A DNA stretch of 64,000 nucleotides, from contig OZ242376.1 in assembly GCA_965209085.1 (NCBI GenBank), positions 736,001 to 800,000 on the forward strand, given 5' to 3'. Shown here one piece after another: positions 50,921-62,251 of this stretch. Position numbers and translations under genes: made by a program. This DNA is from Nitrosopumilaceae archaeon (GTDB lineage: Archaea; Thermoproteota; Nitrososphaeria; Nitrososphaerales; Nitrosopumilaceae). The notes beneath the pieces were generated by a model that saw only the letters and a list, made by a program, of their open reading frames with translations, did not search any database and was not told where the DNA came from. Position 1 is the first letter of the stretch. Every line of letters begins with the position of its first letter.

Positions 50921-51412
50921 TTACACTCGTCCTACAATGTTATATTTGTAAAGCTCGTCCCACATGTGTTCACAATCACTAACGTCAAAATACGACTTCA
51001 CAACATTGACCATATCTACTGTCTCTTTCTTGGTAGTTTTTATACGAACCCAATAACATATTGAAGATGAAAGCTCCAGTACATCAGCATTCGATTTTTT
51101 ATCGTTCATGAATTTCAGGAAAGAATTGAATTGTAATTGTGTCTCCTTGGATTTATATTCCATATTTATTTTGGGGATTTCTTGATAAATATCCATCAAA
51201 TCAAATCCATCAGATGTCAGATCTGGTGAATATACTCCATAACGATACCAGTTGTATTCATATCCTAAATCAATACCAAATGATTTTAGGATATATATTG
51301 TTTTTTGAAGTATTAGTCGATCATCAAACTTATTCATGTTGAAATAGTCGATATTCTTCAATATTATGCCCAAATGATAGATTCTCTTCTCGTCTTGATT
51401 CATTTTTATCAC
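50921..51412 (-). CDS. YwgA/Panacea(DUF4065)-like protein
   Basis: RLILQKTIYI...YEYNWYRYGVYSPDL...LELSSSI. Confidence 0.65.
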   Translation of the reverse strand: MIKMNQDEKRIYHLGIILKNIDYFNMNKFDDRLILQKTIYILKSFGIDLGYEYNWYRYGVYSPDLTSDGFDLMDIYQEIPKINMEYKSKETQLQFNSFLKFMNDKKSNADVLELSSSICYWVRIKTTKKETVDMVNVVKSYFDVSDCEHMWDELYKYNIVGRV

Positions 51413-51458
51413 TTATACTATGGTTGACATCATAATTAAGTATTCGATGGTTGTTAAT

Positions 51459-51539
51459 GTGCGAGGTCACGCCATGCCTAGAATTTATGCAATAAATGAA
51501 GATGTATGCACAAAATAGCACGAGGTGCTGACATCATAC
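51459..51539 (-). mobile_element. ~80-bp MITE, copy 2
   Basis: Reverse complement of the 44630/59690 copies. Confidence 0.85.
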
Positions 51540-51638
51540 CATAGAACCGAAATGTTTGTAAATGTCTAGAGTTTTGAAGTTGCATGCGTATTTGATCCTA
51601 AAATATGATAAATTTTAACATATTTTAAGCGTGTAGCT

Positions 51639-52881
51639 TGGTGCGGACCCCTGTAGAAGGAGAACGTTTTTTGCATTAAAAATGATAGGATCAGAGGGCT
51701 CATTTTATCATTGCCCTCCGTGCGGTGCCAAATTCTGATGGCGTCGCGTATCCTATTGCAGTGTACACGGTTCTGATTGTAATCCTCAAAGGCGTATGAT
51801 ATTGCAGCCTCTGCGTCCTGGAACGTCTCAAAGTCGCGCGGCCAGACATACTCTTTCTTGAGACTCTTGTGGAAGGATTCCACATGACCGTTTTGCTCTG
51901 GCGTGTGATAGTGGATGAATTCCTGCCGTACACCGTATGCTTTTACGGCTTTGCCAAACTGTAATGAAACATACTGGGAACCGTTATCTGTTCTTAGAGT
52001 AAGATTTGAGCAATCCGGTTTCTTGGAGGCCAAAGCTTCAGTTAATGCTGCAATGGCACCGTCCGTCACCGCTCTTGGCTCAAACGCATATCCTACCCAT
52101 TCACGGGTAAATGCATCAAGGACGTTGAATAGGTAACACCATCTGTCCTGACCGCACCAAATGTACGTCATGTCAGCTTGCCAAAGCTGATCCGGTCTTG
52201 TGGGCTTTGGGCGCTTCCTTGAGCGTATGATCTCTTTTTTGGGTTTTGCAGGCGTATTCCAGCCTAGATAATGGTATATTTTCTTAATCTTTTTGCGGTT
52301 TACGGGTTTGCCTGTAATACGAGACATGGTGGTTGCCATTCTTCGTGTTCCATACGTGGGTCTGTTCGAAGCAACCTGTTGCACTAGTTTTGAGATTTCT
52401 TTATCAATTCCGATAACGCGTGGTTTTTTGACAGCATACAGTCTCTTGTTGGACGCTCCAGTATAGCGTGCGGATTTGCGAAGACTCAAACCTTGCTCCT
52501 GCATGAGTGTAACGGCTTTCATTTTATACTCCCCAGTAACGTTTTTTTTAAAACATCATTGGCGATGGTCAGCTCACCAATGAGCTTTTTGAGGGATTCA
52601 TTTTCACTTGTAAGCGTCTTGACTGCATTGTCTCTGGGCTTGCCTGAAAGAGCAGCTTTGCCAGATTCAATGAATGACTCCCTCCAACGACTGAATGTTA
52701 TCGGACTGATGTTGTGTCTACGGCACAGCTCAGCTGGGGTAATGTGTGTGTTTATTGACTCCATGATGATACGCACCTTTTCATCTGGAGCACGATGTGG
52801 TTTTTTCATTGACAAATCCACTCCAGAGGGGGTAAAATTTGTAACACTTTGAGTGTTCTCATTTTATGGGGGCCCACTCCA
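51639..52881 (-). mobile_element. IS3-family element, full length (orfA 52519-52821, orfB from 52522)
   Basis: TGG...CCA ends, HTH orfA, YGTRR, WQADMTY, TDNGSQY, ESFH; 2-bp deletion near the orfB C-terminus relative to 60100. Confidence 0.93.
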
Positions 52882-53019
52882 ATCCTCGCAATGAACATGT
52901 AATTCAATTATTTTTATTTTTTATTCAATATTATGACATTCTAGTTATGTGATATTGGCAATTGATCTCTGTTACCTTGACGTAGACTAGCTTTGGCAGG
53001 TACCTGTCGTTCGTTACAT

Positions 53020-53187
53020 CCAGGGCATACGGTGTATAGCTAGAATTCATCCACTATTACACGTTAGAGCGGAATACCATCTTTGGTAGGTGAATACGAC
53101 GTATGTTTGAGGAGGTCTAGACAGATGGTGTCCCACGTTAAACGTACTGGACGCGTTTATCCGTGAATGTGTTGGATATGCGTTCCG
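53020..53187 (+). pseudogene. Old, scrambled IS3 integrase remnants
   Basis: Translates to AYGV*LEFIHYYT and LDRWCPTLNVLDAFIRECVGYAF, homologous to orfB. Confidence 0.7.
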
Positions 53188-53310
53188 TCTAAAAATCATG
53201 ACATAAGGTATCATTATTGTACTTACAAAAGATTTGGCATCTGTATGACATATTTATTTTTAGAATTCTAGATCGATAGATTTAAAGAAAACATTTATGC
53301 AGTATAAAAA

Positions 53311-54795
53311 ATGGATTATGAGGACATACTACAAATATGTATGAATAAAAAAACAAATTATACACTATCTGCAACCGACATAAGCCGATATGTGGAATCT
53401 CCATTCTTTCTATATTGTCATAATTTTGTATCTGAATCAGAAAAGGACACGATATTAGATCTCTATCTCGAAAAGCTTATTGAAATAGGAAATATGCACG
53501 AATCACGAATAAATAATGAAATGTTTCCAAATTTAGCACCACTGGTTTTTAAAACTCCAAAAGAAGGATTTAGTGATGTACTTCAGCAGATGATATCTGG
53601 AGCTCCAGCTATCCTTAACGCGCCATTATATTTTCTACCTAAAGGATTGTATGGTACAACAGATCAGCTTGTAAAAGAGAACGGTTCGTCAAGTTTTGGC
53701 GAGTACCATTATATTGTAAAAGAAATAAAATCTGCAAAAACTATAAAGGAAGGGCACAAATTACAAGCCGCTTTGTATAATTATGTTATTGGTAAAATAC
53801 AAAATTATATTCCAGAGACATTTTATATCATAAACATGGAAAAACAAGTATTTCCATTTAAATTTACAGAATACGAAGATAAATTATCTGATATAATCGA
53901 AAAAGTGTTTCAACTCAAGGGTGGGGAACGGCCAACTCCTACATTTGATTCGTGTAGATATCCATGGAAAGATTACTGTAATAGGATGGCAATTGAAGAA
54001 AAAGATGTTTCAATACTTCCAAATGTGGGTCCTAAAATGAAATCTAAACTTGTTGAAGCTGGATATCCAAAACTTGATGATGTTGTTAGAATCGGAAAAC
54101 AAAAACTTTTGGAAATAAAAGGGATTGGTGGAAAAACTGGAAATGTCATGTTCAATTCTGCTAAAGCGATACTTTCCAATGAAATATTGTGTATTGGACC
54201 GCCTAAATCACTACCACATAGATCGACTGAGATATTCTTTGATTTGGAAGGCATTGATCCCATAACCATAATGCATCATAAATTAGACATGACAGACTAT
54301 CTTATAGGAACTCTTGTGCGTAAAGATGATGGAGAAGAATATTTTCCGTTTATTGCAAAGGATGTTAATTCGGAAGAAGAGATGATGCATAAATTTATAG
54401 AATTCATTAAAAAACAAGAAGATTACATCCTATACCACTGGCATCATTATGAAAAAACACATATGAAAAAAATGATGGACAAGTATAACATATCTGATGA
54501 TGAACAATGTATTATACTGCACCCTGATGTATTATGTGATTTACACCCTGTAGTAACATCTTCGTACGTATTTCCTATACCGGGCACCAGCATCAAATCA
54601 ATAGCAAAATTGTTGGGATATGAGTGGAAACATCAGGATGTTGGAGCAATGTCTTCAATAGGCCTATATTTTCAATACATAAACGATCCAGTTGGAAGCT
54701 CAAAATCTCTGGATATGATATTGGATTACAACAAGGACGATTGTGTTGCAACTAGAGTCATAAAAGATTGGTATGTGAAACAAAATAATAAATAA
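53311..54795 (+). CDS. TM0106-family RecB-like nuclease with HhH and RNase_H_2 (DEDD) domains
   Basis: LSATDI, G..D.L...EIKS, QAALY, C..PW..YC, FFDLEG, SIKSIA..LGY.W, YNKDDC.AT. Confidence 0.88.
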   Translation: MDYEDILQICMNKKTNYTLSATDISRYVESPFFLYCHNFVSESEKDTILDLYLEKLIEIGNMHESRINNEMFPNLAPLVFKTPKEGFSDVLQQMISGAPAILNAPLYFLPKGLYGTTDQLVKENGSSSFGEYHYIVKEIKSAKTIKEGHKLQAALYNYVIGKIQNYIPETFYIINMEKQVFPFKFTEYEDKLSDIIEKVFQLKGGERPTPTFDSCRYPWKDYCNRMAIEEKDVSILPNVGPKMKSKLVEAGYPKLDDVVRIGKQKLLEIKGIGGKTGNVMFNSAKAILSNEILCIGPPKSLPHRSTEIFFDLEGIDPITIMHHKLDMTDYLIGTLVRKDDGEEYFPFIAKDVNSEEEMMHKFIEFIKKQEDYILYHWHHYEKTHMKKMMDKYNISDDEQCIILHPDVLCDLHPVVTSSYVFPIPGTSIKSIAKLLGYEWKHQDVGAMSSIGLYFQYINDPVGSSKSLDMILDYNKDDCVATRVIKDWYVKQNNK

Positions 54796-54925
54796 ATCGC
54801 ATGTTGAACCAAACCTAATTAAATCCGAACACTGACTCAATGCGTAACTTGAGCAGTCAGATTATGCCTCGTTTGTCACAAATGCCACAATTTTCTTTGC
54901 ATCTTACGTTCGTGATTCCTTCGGC

Positions 54926-55912
54926 CTAATGATCTGCAGGATATATTTTAGACATTTGAATATTTGTCCGGACAGAATTATTAATCAAAATTAACATATA
55001 AAATGAAAGTGTAGCGATATTTTTATCACTGTTATAATATGGATTTGGATGGGCACTATCATCTCTGTATTTCTTAATTTTAATAAATGCCTCTTTAAAT
55101 TGATCATCAAAAATTATATCGAAATGACGATTTTCTGACAACATATTTAATTTATTAGCAATTGTTTTAGGTTTCACATTTTTTTTCATATGTTTTAAAT
55201 TTATATTTAATAATCCTTCGATAACTACAATACATTGTATTGCTGATGAGGAGAAATAACCATCACAGTATAATTCTCGCATTTCTTTAACATGATTTTT
55301 TAGATTTAAAAATGGAGACTCATCAAATGAATCTAGATTTGGTGTCATATCGAATATAAATTCATGTAATGCGTCATCTATATGTAAATTTTTAGCGTTA
55401 TATGATGCAGGTTTTTCTAATTGATATAATGTCTCGTCCATGATATATTTAAAAATACCAAATGATTCTAAAACCTTTTGTAATAAATAGGTTATACGAG
55501 AAATTAACTGAGTAACCGGTTCTTGTTTTAATTTTGGCAATAATATTACATATCTGTTCATAGATTTTTTAAAACGCAATATGGATTGTTTCAATTTATT
55601 AGATATGACAAAATTCTTATCTCTAACATATTTTTTGTCTAATTCATTAATTATTTCTTGTATAAATAATAAAAATTTATTAATTATATTGATTATTACT
55701 TCCAACATCGGTTCATTTGAATTATGTTTTAAATATGGACTGTCAGTAAAGAATGTTAATGTTTTTTGGAGTGGCACAAATATATTTTTTATGGCTGCAT
55801 TGGACATATTTTCAGTTTCTGTTGAAGCACCATCCAACATTTTTGTAAGTAAATCATCGGACATTTTGAAATATTTCATTTTTTGATCGTCTGAAGAATG
55901 ATGTGATATCAT
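54926..55912 (-). CDS. Helical protein with C-terminal DUF4145/HEPN-like domain
   Basis: Y..GYFSSSAI.C...IEGLL and R-x4-H motif RDDSAH. Confidence 0.65.
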   Translation of the reverse strand: MISHHSSDDQKMKYFKMSDDLLTKMLDGASTETENMSNAAIKNIFVPLQKTLTFFTDSPYLKHNSNEPMLEVIINIINKFLLFIQEIINELDKKYVRDKNFVISNKLKQSILRFKKSMNRYVILLPKLKQEPVTQLISRITYLLQKVLESFGIFKYIMDETLYQLEKPASYNAKNLHIDDALHEFIFDMTPNLDSFDESPFLNLKNHVKEMRELYCDGYFSSSAIQCIVVIEGLLNINLKHMKKNVKPKTIANKLNMLSENRHFDIIFDDQFKEAFIKIKKYRDDSAHPNPYYNSDKNIATLSFYMLILINNSVRTNIQMSKIYPADH

Positions 55913-55965
55913 ATATCATATAAGAAATGAGAATATAAAAATTGTATCGTAATAATAACTAGATA

Positions 55966-57060
55966 TATAGCGGCGATCAAAAGTTCATGAGTATTTTTGG
56001 AGATTTTCTAAATATATAATTTGCAATCTCCAGATTGAATTTTATCATCCTTAAATATTCCGACACCACATTCTGCATAATGGTAAACGTTGGATAATAT
56101 TCTGATATCACCAATGCATATTTGCTAATCTTCCAGCACAGTTTGATCATGTTCAAATATGGTGATCCCTTTGGCAACCAAATTAATTTGACATTGGAAT
56201 TGTCTGTTAGAAATTCTTTGACTTTTTTTGATGTGCACCGAAGCGCGATCCAACATTATTGAGATTTTTCCATACCTGTATTGCAACTCTTTCAAATATT
56301 TCACAAATGTTACAGAATTGAATTTTTTGTAAATTCTAAACATTTGATTCCCATTCTCCAACATGGTTCCGTATACTGCAAAATTTTCATGTTTTCCAAC
56401 ATGTGGTAAAAATATTCGTTTTGTAACAAGTGACCAATATTTACGTCCTGCTTTTACATCTCTAACAAAGAACGCCTCATCCAACATTGCAATGGTAAAT
56501 CCATTCTTTTTTAGGCGTGAAATTTTCTTTTTCATATATTGTTGCCAGTTGCGTACTGATGCAGTACTTGCATGATTTATGTGGCATTTCTGTGCAGTCT
56601 TGGCAAACATGCCATACTGATGCATGATCTTTCTAACATATGTAATATGAAATTTTTCTCCAGTAACATCAGCTATTCTTTGTTGTACTGATACAGGCGT
56701 TGCTATAGAAGATGTTATTTTGAGCATTATGGAATCCATTTGTTTCTTTGAGACAATTCTTGGTCATCCACTTCTTGGGCGATCGCGGAGGCCATCAAGA
56801 CCATCCGCATCAAAACGATCCACCCACATGCGTACTCAATTCGGGTAATGCCGCAGCATATTTGCAGTTTCTTGCACTTGTTTACCATCTTTGCGAACCA
56901 TGAGTACTGCAAGCATTCGTTTTGTTACTATATTGGAACGTTCTTTCTTGTACGCTTTTTCAAGCTGTTTTAATTTGTTCATGTGTATTGCAATAATTTG
57001 GCGATCCAAATACTTTTCGGTTCGATAAATTTATCTCATGAATTTTGGCGTGTGACTATA
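55966..57060 (-). mobile_element. Degenerate IS630-family element
   Basis: TATAG...CAAAAGTTCATGAG TIRs; MLDEA, LDRAS.H, PKGSPYLN; several frameshifts. Confidence 0.85.
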
Positions 57061-57100
57061 TGTGATATTCCCAAGAATAAAATAAAACCAATTACATGTT

Positions 57101-58579
57101 TTATGAAAAATGTTTAAAAAAAGTTTTATGTGAAATTATGTTCACGTTAAAACATCTATTGATAATTGGTGTAAATTTTGTTATGACAAATCCTTGTATT
57201 GTATATTCTGAAAATTTATGTTGTAATTTAAACGGAAAAGATTTAAAATTTTTGATAAAATATTTTTTACGTTCATTATGCCTATATGCAATATCCATTA
57301 ATCCACTTCTTTTCTCCAATATTAAATCTTTAATAAAATTTTTTGTTATAATTGATGCAGCTGACATGTCTTCAAATTTTGCTTCAATCAACATTATGGT
57401 TTTTTCTTTTTCGTTAATTGCGATACAATCATATTCATATTTTATTTTTAATTTATTATTTTTGTCAGGGTATGTCATAAATCCTTTTTCTATCAACCGT
57501 TTTCTAATATCTATTTCAAATAAAGCTCCAGATTTTTGTCTTTCGTTAGATAACGCATTTTTTCCTGTTAATTTTTGTTGTTTAATACATTTTTCATTTC
57601 TTGTGTAAATATACAGAATATACATGTATAAAGTTTCAAAACTCGTTAAATATTTTTCCCCATCAAAAATTAATACGGGGACGTATTTATTAGAACAATA
57701 ATTTTTTTCAAATTTTAAAAAATTACCATTTAAATTATACTCCAACATAAATGCATCATATGTTTGTTTAAGTTCAGAACGTGTCAACGATATGTATTCT
57801 TTTTTATTTAAGTTACATAATAGCCCATATAACATTATCAAATCTTGTGTGTCTCCAGGATGATCATGCATGTTTGCAACGGTTTTAATATATCGAAATG
57901 CATAGATCAATGATATTACTATAAGATAATTTTTACAAAAGATTCCATGTATATCATATAACCCTGCGGGATTATTAGTTGATCTTTGATTTATTATCTC
58001 AGAATAATTATTTTTATCTATATCTTCAATTGTGTTTTTTCCATCCTCGATTATACCTAAATTTACTTTAAATTCATCATTTATGGTTTTTGAGTATTTC
58101 GACGTATATTTATTTGCGGAATAATTTTCAATAATTCCAATAGATTGTTTTGTCGGTATATCCTCTTCCATGTACATTATTTGGTCAAATTTTTCAAAAG
58201 ACTGATGAAGAATTTTTTCAAATTGAACATCATTCACAGACGTTCCCCATTTTTTATAATCACCCATTTTTATTATAATATAATTAATATGTATTAATTT
58301 TTTAAAATTAAATTTACCATCATTGAAATAATTTGATATAATATTATGACGTATTTTAAATAGATGTTTGAAAAAATATTTTTTTGGAAAATCTAAAAAT
58401 TTTTTTAAATATTTTTCATGCTCGATTTTCATATTTTCTAACGATTGTGTTGAATAATTATATGATACAATAGTTGATCTTCGTACACAATTTGGACAAT
58501 TTGTATTTACACATATCTCATTTTTATTTATATCAACATAAATTGGATCATAACATAACATACATAAATAATCTGACAC
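57101..58579 (-). CDS. Protein with N-terminal Cys cluster and C-terminal PD-(D/E)xK nuclease-like domain
   Basis: CMLC...CVNTNCPNC; GALFE...EYDCIA...MLIEAK. Confidence 0.7.
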   Translation of the reverse strand: MSDYLCMLCYDPIYVDINKNEICVNTNCPNCVRRSTIVSYNYSTQSLENMKIEHEKYLKKFLDFPKKYFFKHLFKIRHNIISNYFNDGKFNFKKLIHINYIIIKMGDYKKWGTSVNDVQFEKILHQSFEKFDQIMYMEEDIPTKQSIGIIENYSANKYTSKYSKTINDEFKVNLGIIEDGKNTIEDIDKNNYSEIINQRSTNNPAGLYDIHGIFCKNYLIVISLIYAFRYIKTVANMHDHPGDTQDLIMLYGLLCNLNKKEYISLTRSELKQTYDAFMLEYNLNGNFLKFEKNYCSNKYVPVLIFDGEKYLTSFETLYMYILYIYTRNEKCIKQQKLTGKNALSNERQKSGALFEIDIRKRLIEKGFMTYPDKNNKLKIKYEYDCIAINEKEKTIMLIEAKFEDMSAASIITKNFIKDLILEKRSGLMDIAYRHNERKKYFIKNFKSFPFKLQHKFSEYTIQGFVITKFTPIINRCFNVNIISHKTFFKHFS

Positions 58580-58738
58580 AATACCAATTAGACCATGATT
58601 TATGTAATTTGGATCTCTGCGGAATAATTTGGGATTTTGTTTAAATGATGTAATAAATGAAAAATCTGATATGTCTTGTCACCACACTCACAATATGAAT
58701 CTAATACCACATTATTTATTTTTTATGTTATTTTTGTG

Positions 58739-58832
58739 TATAACCACACGCAAAAGTTCGTGAGCTAAAAATAGTCTCAATTCGATAGTACATAGACGGT
58801 CAAACGCTTATGAACTTTGGCGTGTCGCTATA
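58739..58832. mobile_element. 94-bp MITE with the TIRs of the IS630 at 55966
   Basis: TATAACCACACGCAAAAGTTCGTGAG...CTTATGAACTTTGGCGTGTCGCTATA. Confidence 0.8.
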
Positions 58833-58906
58833 TGCCTATAATAGACCTTATCCATGTGAATATTTTTTAAAGGTTTCTTGATTTTTTGTGTCATGCGGTA
58901 TGGCTT

Positions 58907-60231
58907 TGGAGTGGACCCAATAAAATGAGAACACCCAAAGTGAAACAAATTTTACCCAGTCTTGGAGGTATCCATCAATGAAAAGACCCCATCATGTTCC
59001 AGACGAAAAGGTGCGTATCGTCATGGAGTCAATAAACACGCACATCACTCCTGCAGAACTGTGCCGCAAACATAACATAAATCCTGCATCCTTTACCTGG
59101 TGGAGGGACATATTCTTTGAATGTGGCAAGGCAGGCATAAAAAAACCGTATAATCGTAATGAGAGTAAAAAGCACGATCACGAGATGGACAAGTTGAAGA
59201 GAATCATTGGAGATATAACCATAGCCAATGATGTTTTAAAAAAACGTTAGAGGAGAGCACAAAATGAAAGCATTGACCCTCATGCAAAAACAAGGTTTCA
59301 GTGTCCGCAAATCCATACGTTATACCGGAATATCCAACAATATGCTGTACGCTCCGAAAAAACCACGCATTATTCAAATCGACAAGGAAATCTCAAAGAT
59401 GGTGTAACAGGTTGGTCCGAGCAGACCCACATATGGAACATGAAGAATGGCTACCACCATGTCCCGTATTACTGGCAAGCCTGTAAACTGCAAAAAAGTG
59501 AAGAAAATATACCATTATCTGGGCTGGAGTGTACCTGCAAAACCCAAAAAAGAGATCATTCGCTCAAGGAAGCGCCCAAAACCTGCAGGACCTGATCAGC
59601 TCTGGCAAGCTGACATGACGTACATTTGGTGCGGTTAGGACAGATGGTGTTATCTGTTTAACGTCCTTGATGCATTCACACGCGAATGGGTATGAGGTCA
59701 GCACCTCGTGCTATTTTGTGCCTACATCTTCATTTATTGCATAAATTCTAGGCATGACGTGACATACGCGAATGGGTGTGATATGCGTTTAAGCTCAGAG
59801 CAGTTACGGACGGTACCATTGCAGCATTAACTGAAGCATTGGCATCAAAGAAACCAGACTGCTCAAAGCTTGTTTTAAGAACCGACAACGGTTCCAAGTA
59901 TGTTCATTACAGTTTGACAAGCCGTAAAAGCATACGGTGTACGGCAGGAATTCATCCACTACCATACGCCAAAGCAAAATGCTCATGTGGAATCCTATCA
60001 TAAGAGCCTCAAGAAAGAATATCTCTGCCGCGCGACTTGAGACGTTCCAGGACGCAGAGGCTGCAATATCATACGCCTTTGAGGATTACAATCAGAACCG
60101 AGTACACTCTGCAATAGGATATGCGACGCCATCAGAATTTGGCACCGCACGGAGGGCAATGATAAAATGAGCCCTCTGATCCTATCATTTTTAATGCAAA
60201 AAACGTTCTCCTTCTACAGGGGTCCGCACCA
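58907..60231 (+). mobile_element. Degenerate IS3-family element containing a MITE
   Basis: TGGAGTGGACCC...GGTCCGCACCA ends; orfA 58978-59250 intact, orfB with several stops. Confidence 0.9.
59690..59767 (+). mobile_element. ~80-bp MITE, copy 3, with 8-bp TSD GCGAATGG
   Basis: Interrupts IS3 orfB; duplication at 59682-59689 and 59768-59775. Confidence 0.9.
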
Positions 60232-60276
60232 AATCTACATCATAAAAAAACCAATGACCAACAGATCAGATCTTTG

Positions 60277-62157
60277 TTATGTATGATTGTTTTTAATAAT
60301 ATATTTTAAATGGTTCCACATATAATAAAAATCTGTTATTTTACTATCCTTTGAAAACTCTCTTATAAAATGATATGCTAATGCTGGCTTATGATTATGT
60401 TGTTTTTTTATCTTGTAAAATAATGATCCATTTAAATTTTCCATATATGCTTCCAAATCCTTTTTTAATTCATACATGATATTTTTATCATGAAAATCTG
60501 TTTCATCGATTTTTAAATCTGATGGCAATTTTGTTATTTTTGCACGATCAAATTTCCCAGGAGCACCGTTATCCATTAATAATAAACATGGGATTTTAAA
60601 TGCATCCATAAATTTTTTAAATTTTGGCATAGATGTACTTCCATATGTACTAATAATCATAACATCATCTGTAAAATAATTTGAATCATTAATGCTATTT
60701 AATAATGCATTGAAAAATATTTCGTCTGATGCACCTTCTACAAGAATAACGCCTTTTGAAAATAGTACATCTAATTTTAATAAATGAAAAGTTGGTAATT
60801 CTCTAGTTATCCATATTTTGTCATCATCAGATGGTTGAGTTATCATACTTGTATTATTTTTGAATATTCTGATAATATTTGACATGGATAATAATTTAGT
60901 ATTTGATACAATCACAGAGGAATGAGTAATAATGACAAGTTGATTTTGTTCATATTGTTCAGAAAATATTTCAATCATTAATTTTTTAATCAATGTAGGA
61001 TGTAAATTTATTGCAGGTTCATCCATAAAAATTATTGATTGTTTGGTATCAAAATATTTTGTAATTAAAAACAATATTTCTCTAATTCCAGCACCCGATT
61101 CCATGAATTTTATGGGATCATCTGGCGAACTATGTTCATTTCGAAATGTAACAGATACTTTATCACGTTGTGTTGATGATTGTCCAGTATCATTGTTACT
61201 AGGATTCTGCATTGATACATCAAATGACATATTTTCACTCTTCATAATTTTTGAAAACGTACATTGAATTTTCTTAAATAATTCACGATTATATAGATCT
61301 TGACTATTTTGTAACCGATATAGATAACTATGTAAATTGTCACCATTATTTAGCAATGGTGACGTGTTTGGAATATTTTCAGGAACAAAATGTCTTTCTT
61401 CCGACATGAATGACATTTTTTGACCAAATAAATAACCTAACATATGTAAAAATGATAATTCTCTGCCGGGGCTTATTGATTGATTAGATAAAGATAATAT
61501 GAATTTTATTCTTTCTGAAATATAAGGATCGCGATTATCTTGAAATAATCCTTCATGTCTAAAACCATATACTATGCACTTTGAATTAAATTTATTCAGA
61601 AAAGCAGATTTTGTAAATTGTTCTATTCCAACAGATTCAATTATTGAAACAAATGTTGGATTATCATTATTTAATGTTTCAATATCAAATTTATGGATGA
61701 ATGGGCCATGATTTTTATCATATGTGATTTCTATGTCCAAATCCAGAATTTTCATTGAAAAATTATCTATATCGGCATCATCACCATAGGGATTATCATC
61801 CCATTGCATAGTTATTTCTATATTTTTAAATTTATCAATAAGTAATTCAATTATGTGTGATGAAGCCAATGTGTATTTATCTCCAGTTTTATAGATAGTT
61901 AACAATTCAACTATATATTTACTTTCTAAATCAGTTAATGATATTTCTAAGGTCAATTTGTGATTAGATTGCGATTTCCATTGTTTTGGTAACCTATAGT
62001 GTTGTGTTAATGACTTTATAAAAAAATTAATTGCTTTAAATATTGAAGATTTTCCAGAATTATTGTGTCCAACTATAAAATTTTTACCATTCAAATAAAT
62101 CGTTTGTTTAGATTTATACGAATACATCCCTTCAATATCAATACGATTAATTTTCAA
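60277..62157 (-). CDS. OLD-family ATP-dependent nuclease (ABC ATPase plus TOPRIM)
   Basis: GHNNSGKS, ESGAG, IFMDEP, IITHS, VILVEGASDE, LMDNG, DLEAY. Confidence 0.88.
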   Translation of the reverse strand: MKINRIDIEGMYSYKSKQTIYLNGKNFIVGHNNSGKSSIFKAINFFIKSLTQHYRLPKQWKSQSNHKLTLEISLTDLESKYIVELLTIYKTGDKYTLASSHIIELLIDKFKNIEITMQWDDNPYGDDADIDNFSMKILDLDIEITYDKNHGPFIHKFDIETLNNDNPTFVSIIESVGIEQFTKSAFLNKFNSKCIVYGFRHEGLFQDNRDPYISERIKFILSLSNQSISPGRELSFLHMLGYLFGQKMSFMSEERHFVPENIPNTSPLLNNGDNLHSYLYRLQNSQDLYNRELFKKIQCTFSKIMKSENMSFDVSMQNPSNNDTGQSSTQRDKVSVTFRNEHSSPDDPIKFMESGAGIREILFLITKYFDTKQSIIFMDEPAINLHPTLIKKLMIEIFSEQYEQNQLVIITHSSVIVSNTKLLSMSNIIRIFKNNTSMITQPSDDDKIWITRELPTFHLLKLDVLFSKGVILVEGASDEIFFNALLNSINDSNYFTDDVMIISTYGSTSMPKFKKFMDAFKIPCLLLMDNGAPGKFDRAKITKLPSDLKIDETDFHDKNIMYELKKDLEAYMENLNGSLFYKIKKQHNHKPALAYHFIREFSKDSKITDFYYMWNHLKYIIKNNHT

Positions 62158-62251
62158 TGCGTTTTTTGATCAATCGCTTTATATAAATTAGTAGCGGATA
62201 TTTGTATGAGGTCATATATTAAATGATGTCGAGTACGCATATTGGCATATT

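Noticed and set aside
52960-53200. GC-richer intergenic stretch as a possible ncRNA
   Set aside because: Translates to decayed IS3 integrase segments.
60277-62157. Gabija or retron call for the OLD gene
   Set aside because: No UvrD helicase, reverse transcriptase or msr-msd-like RNA adjacent.
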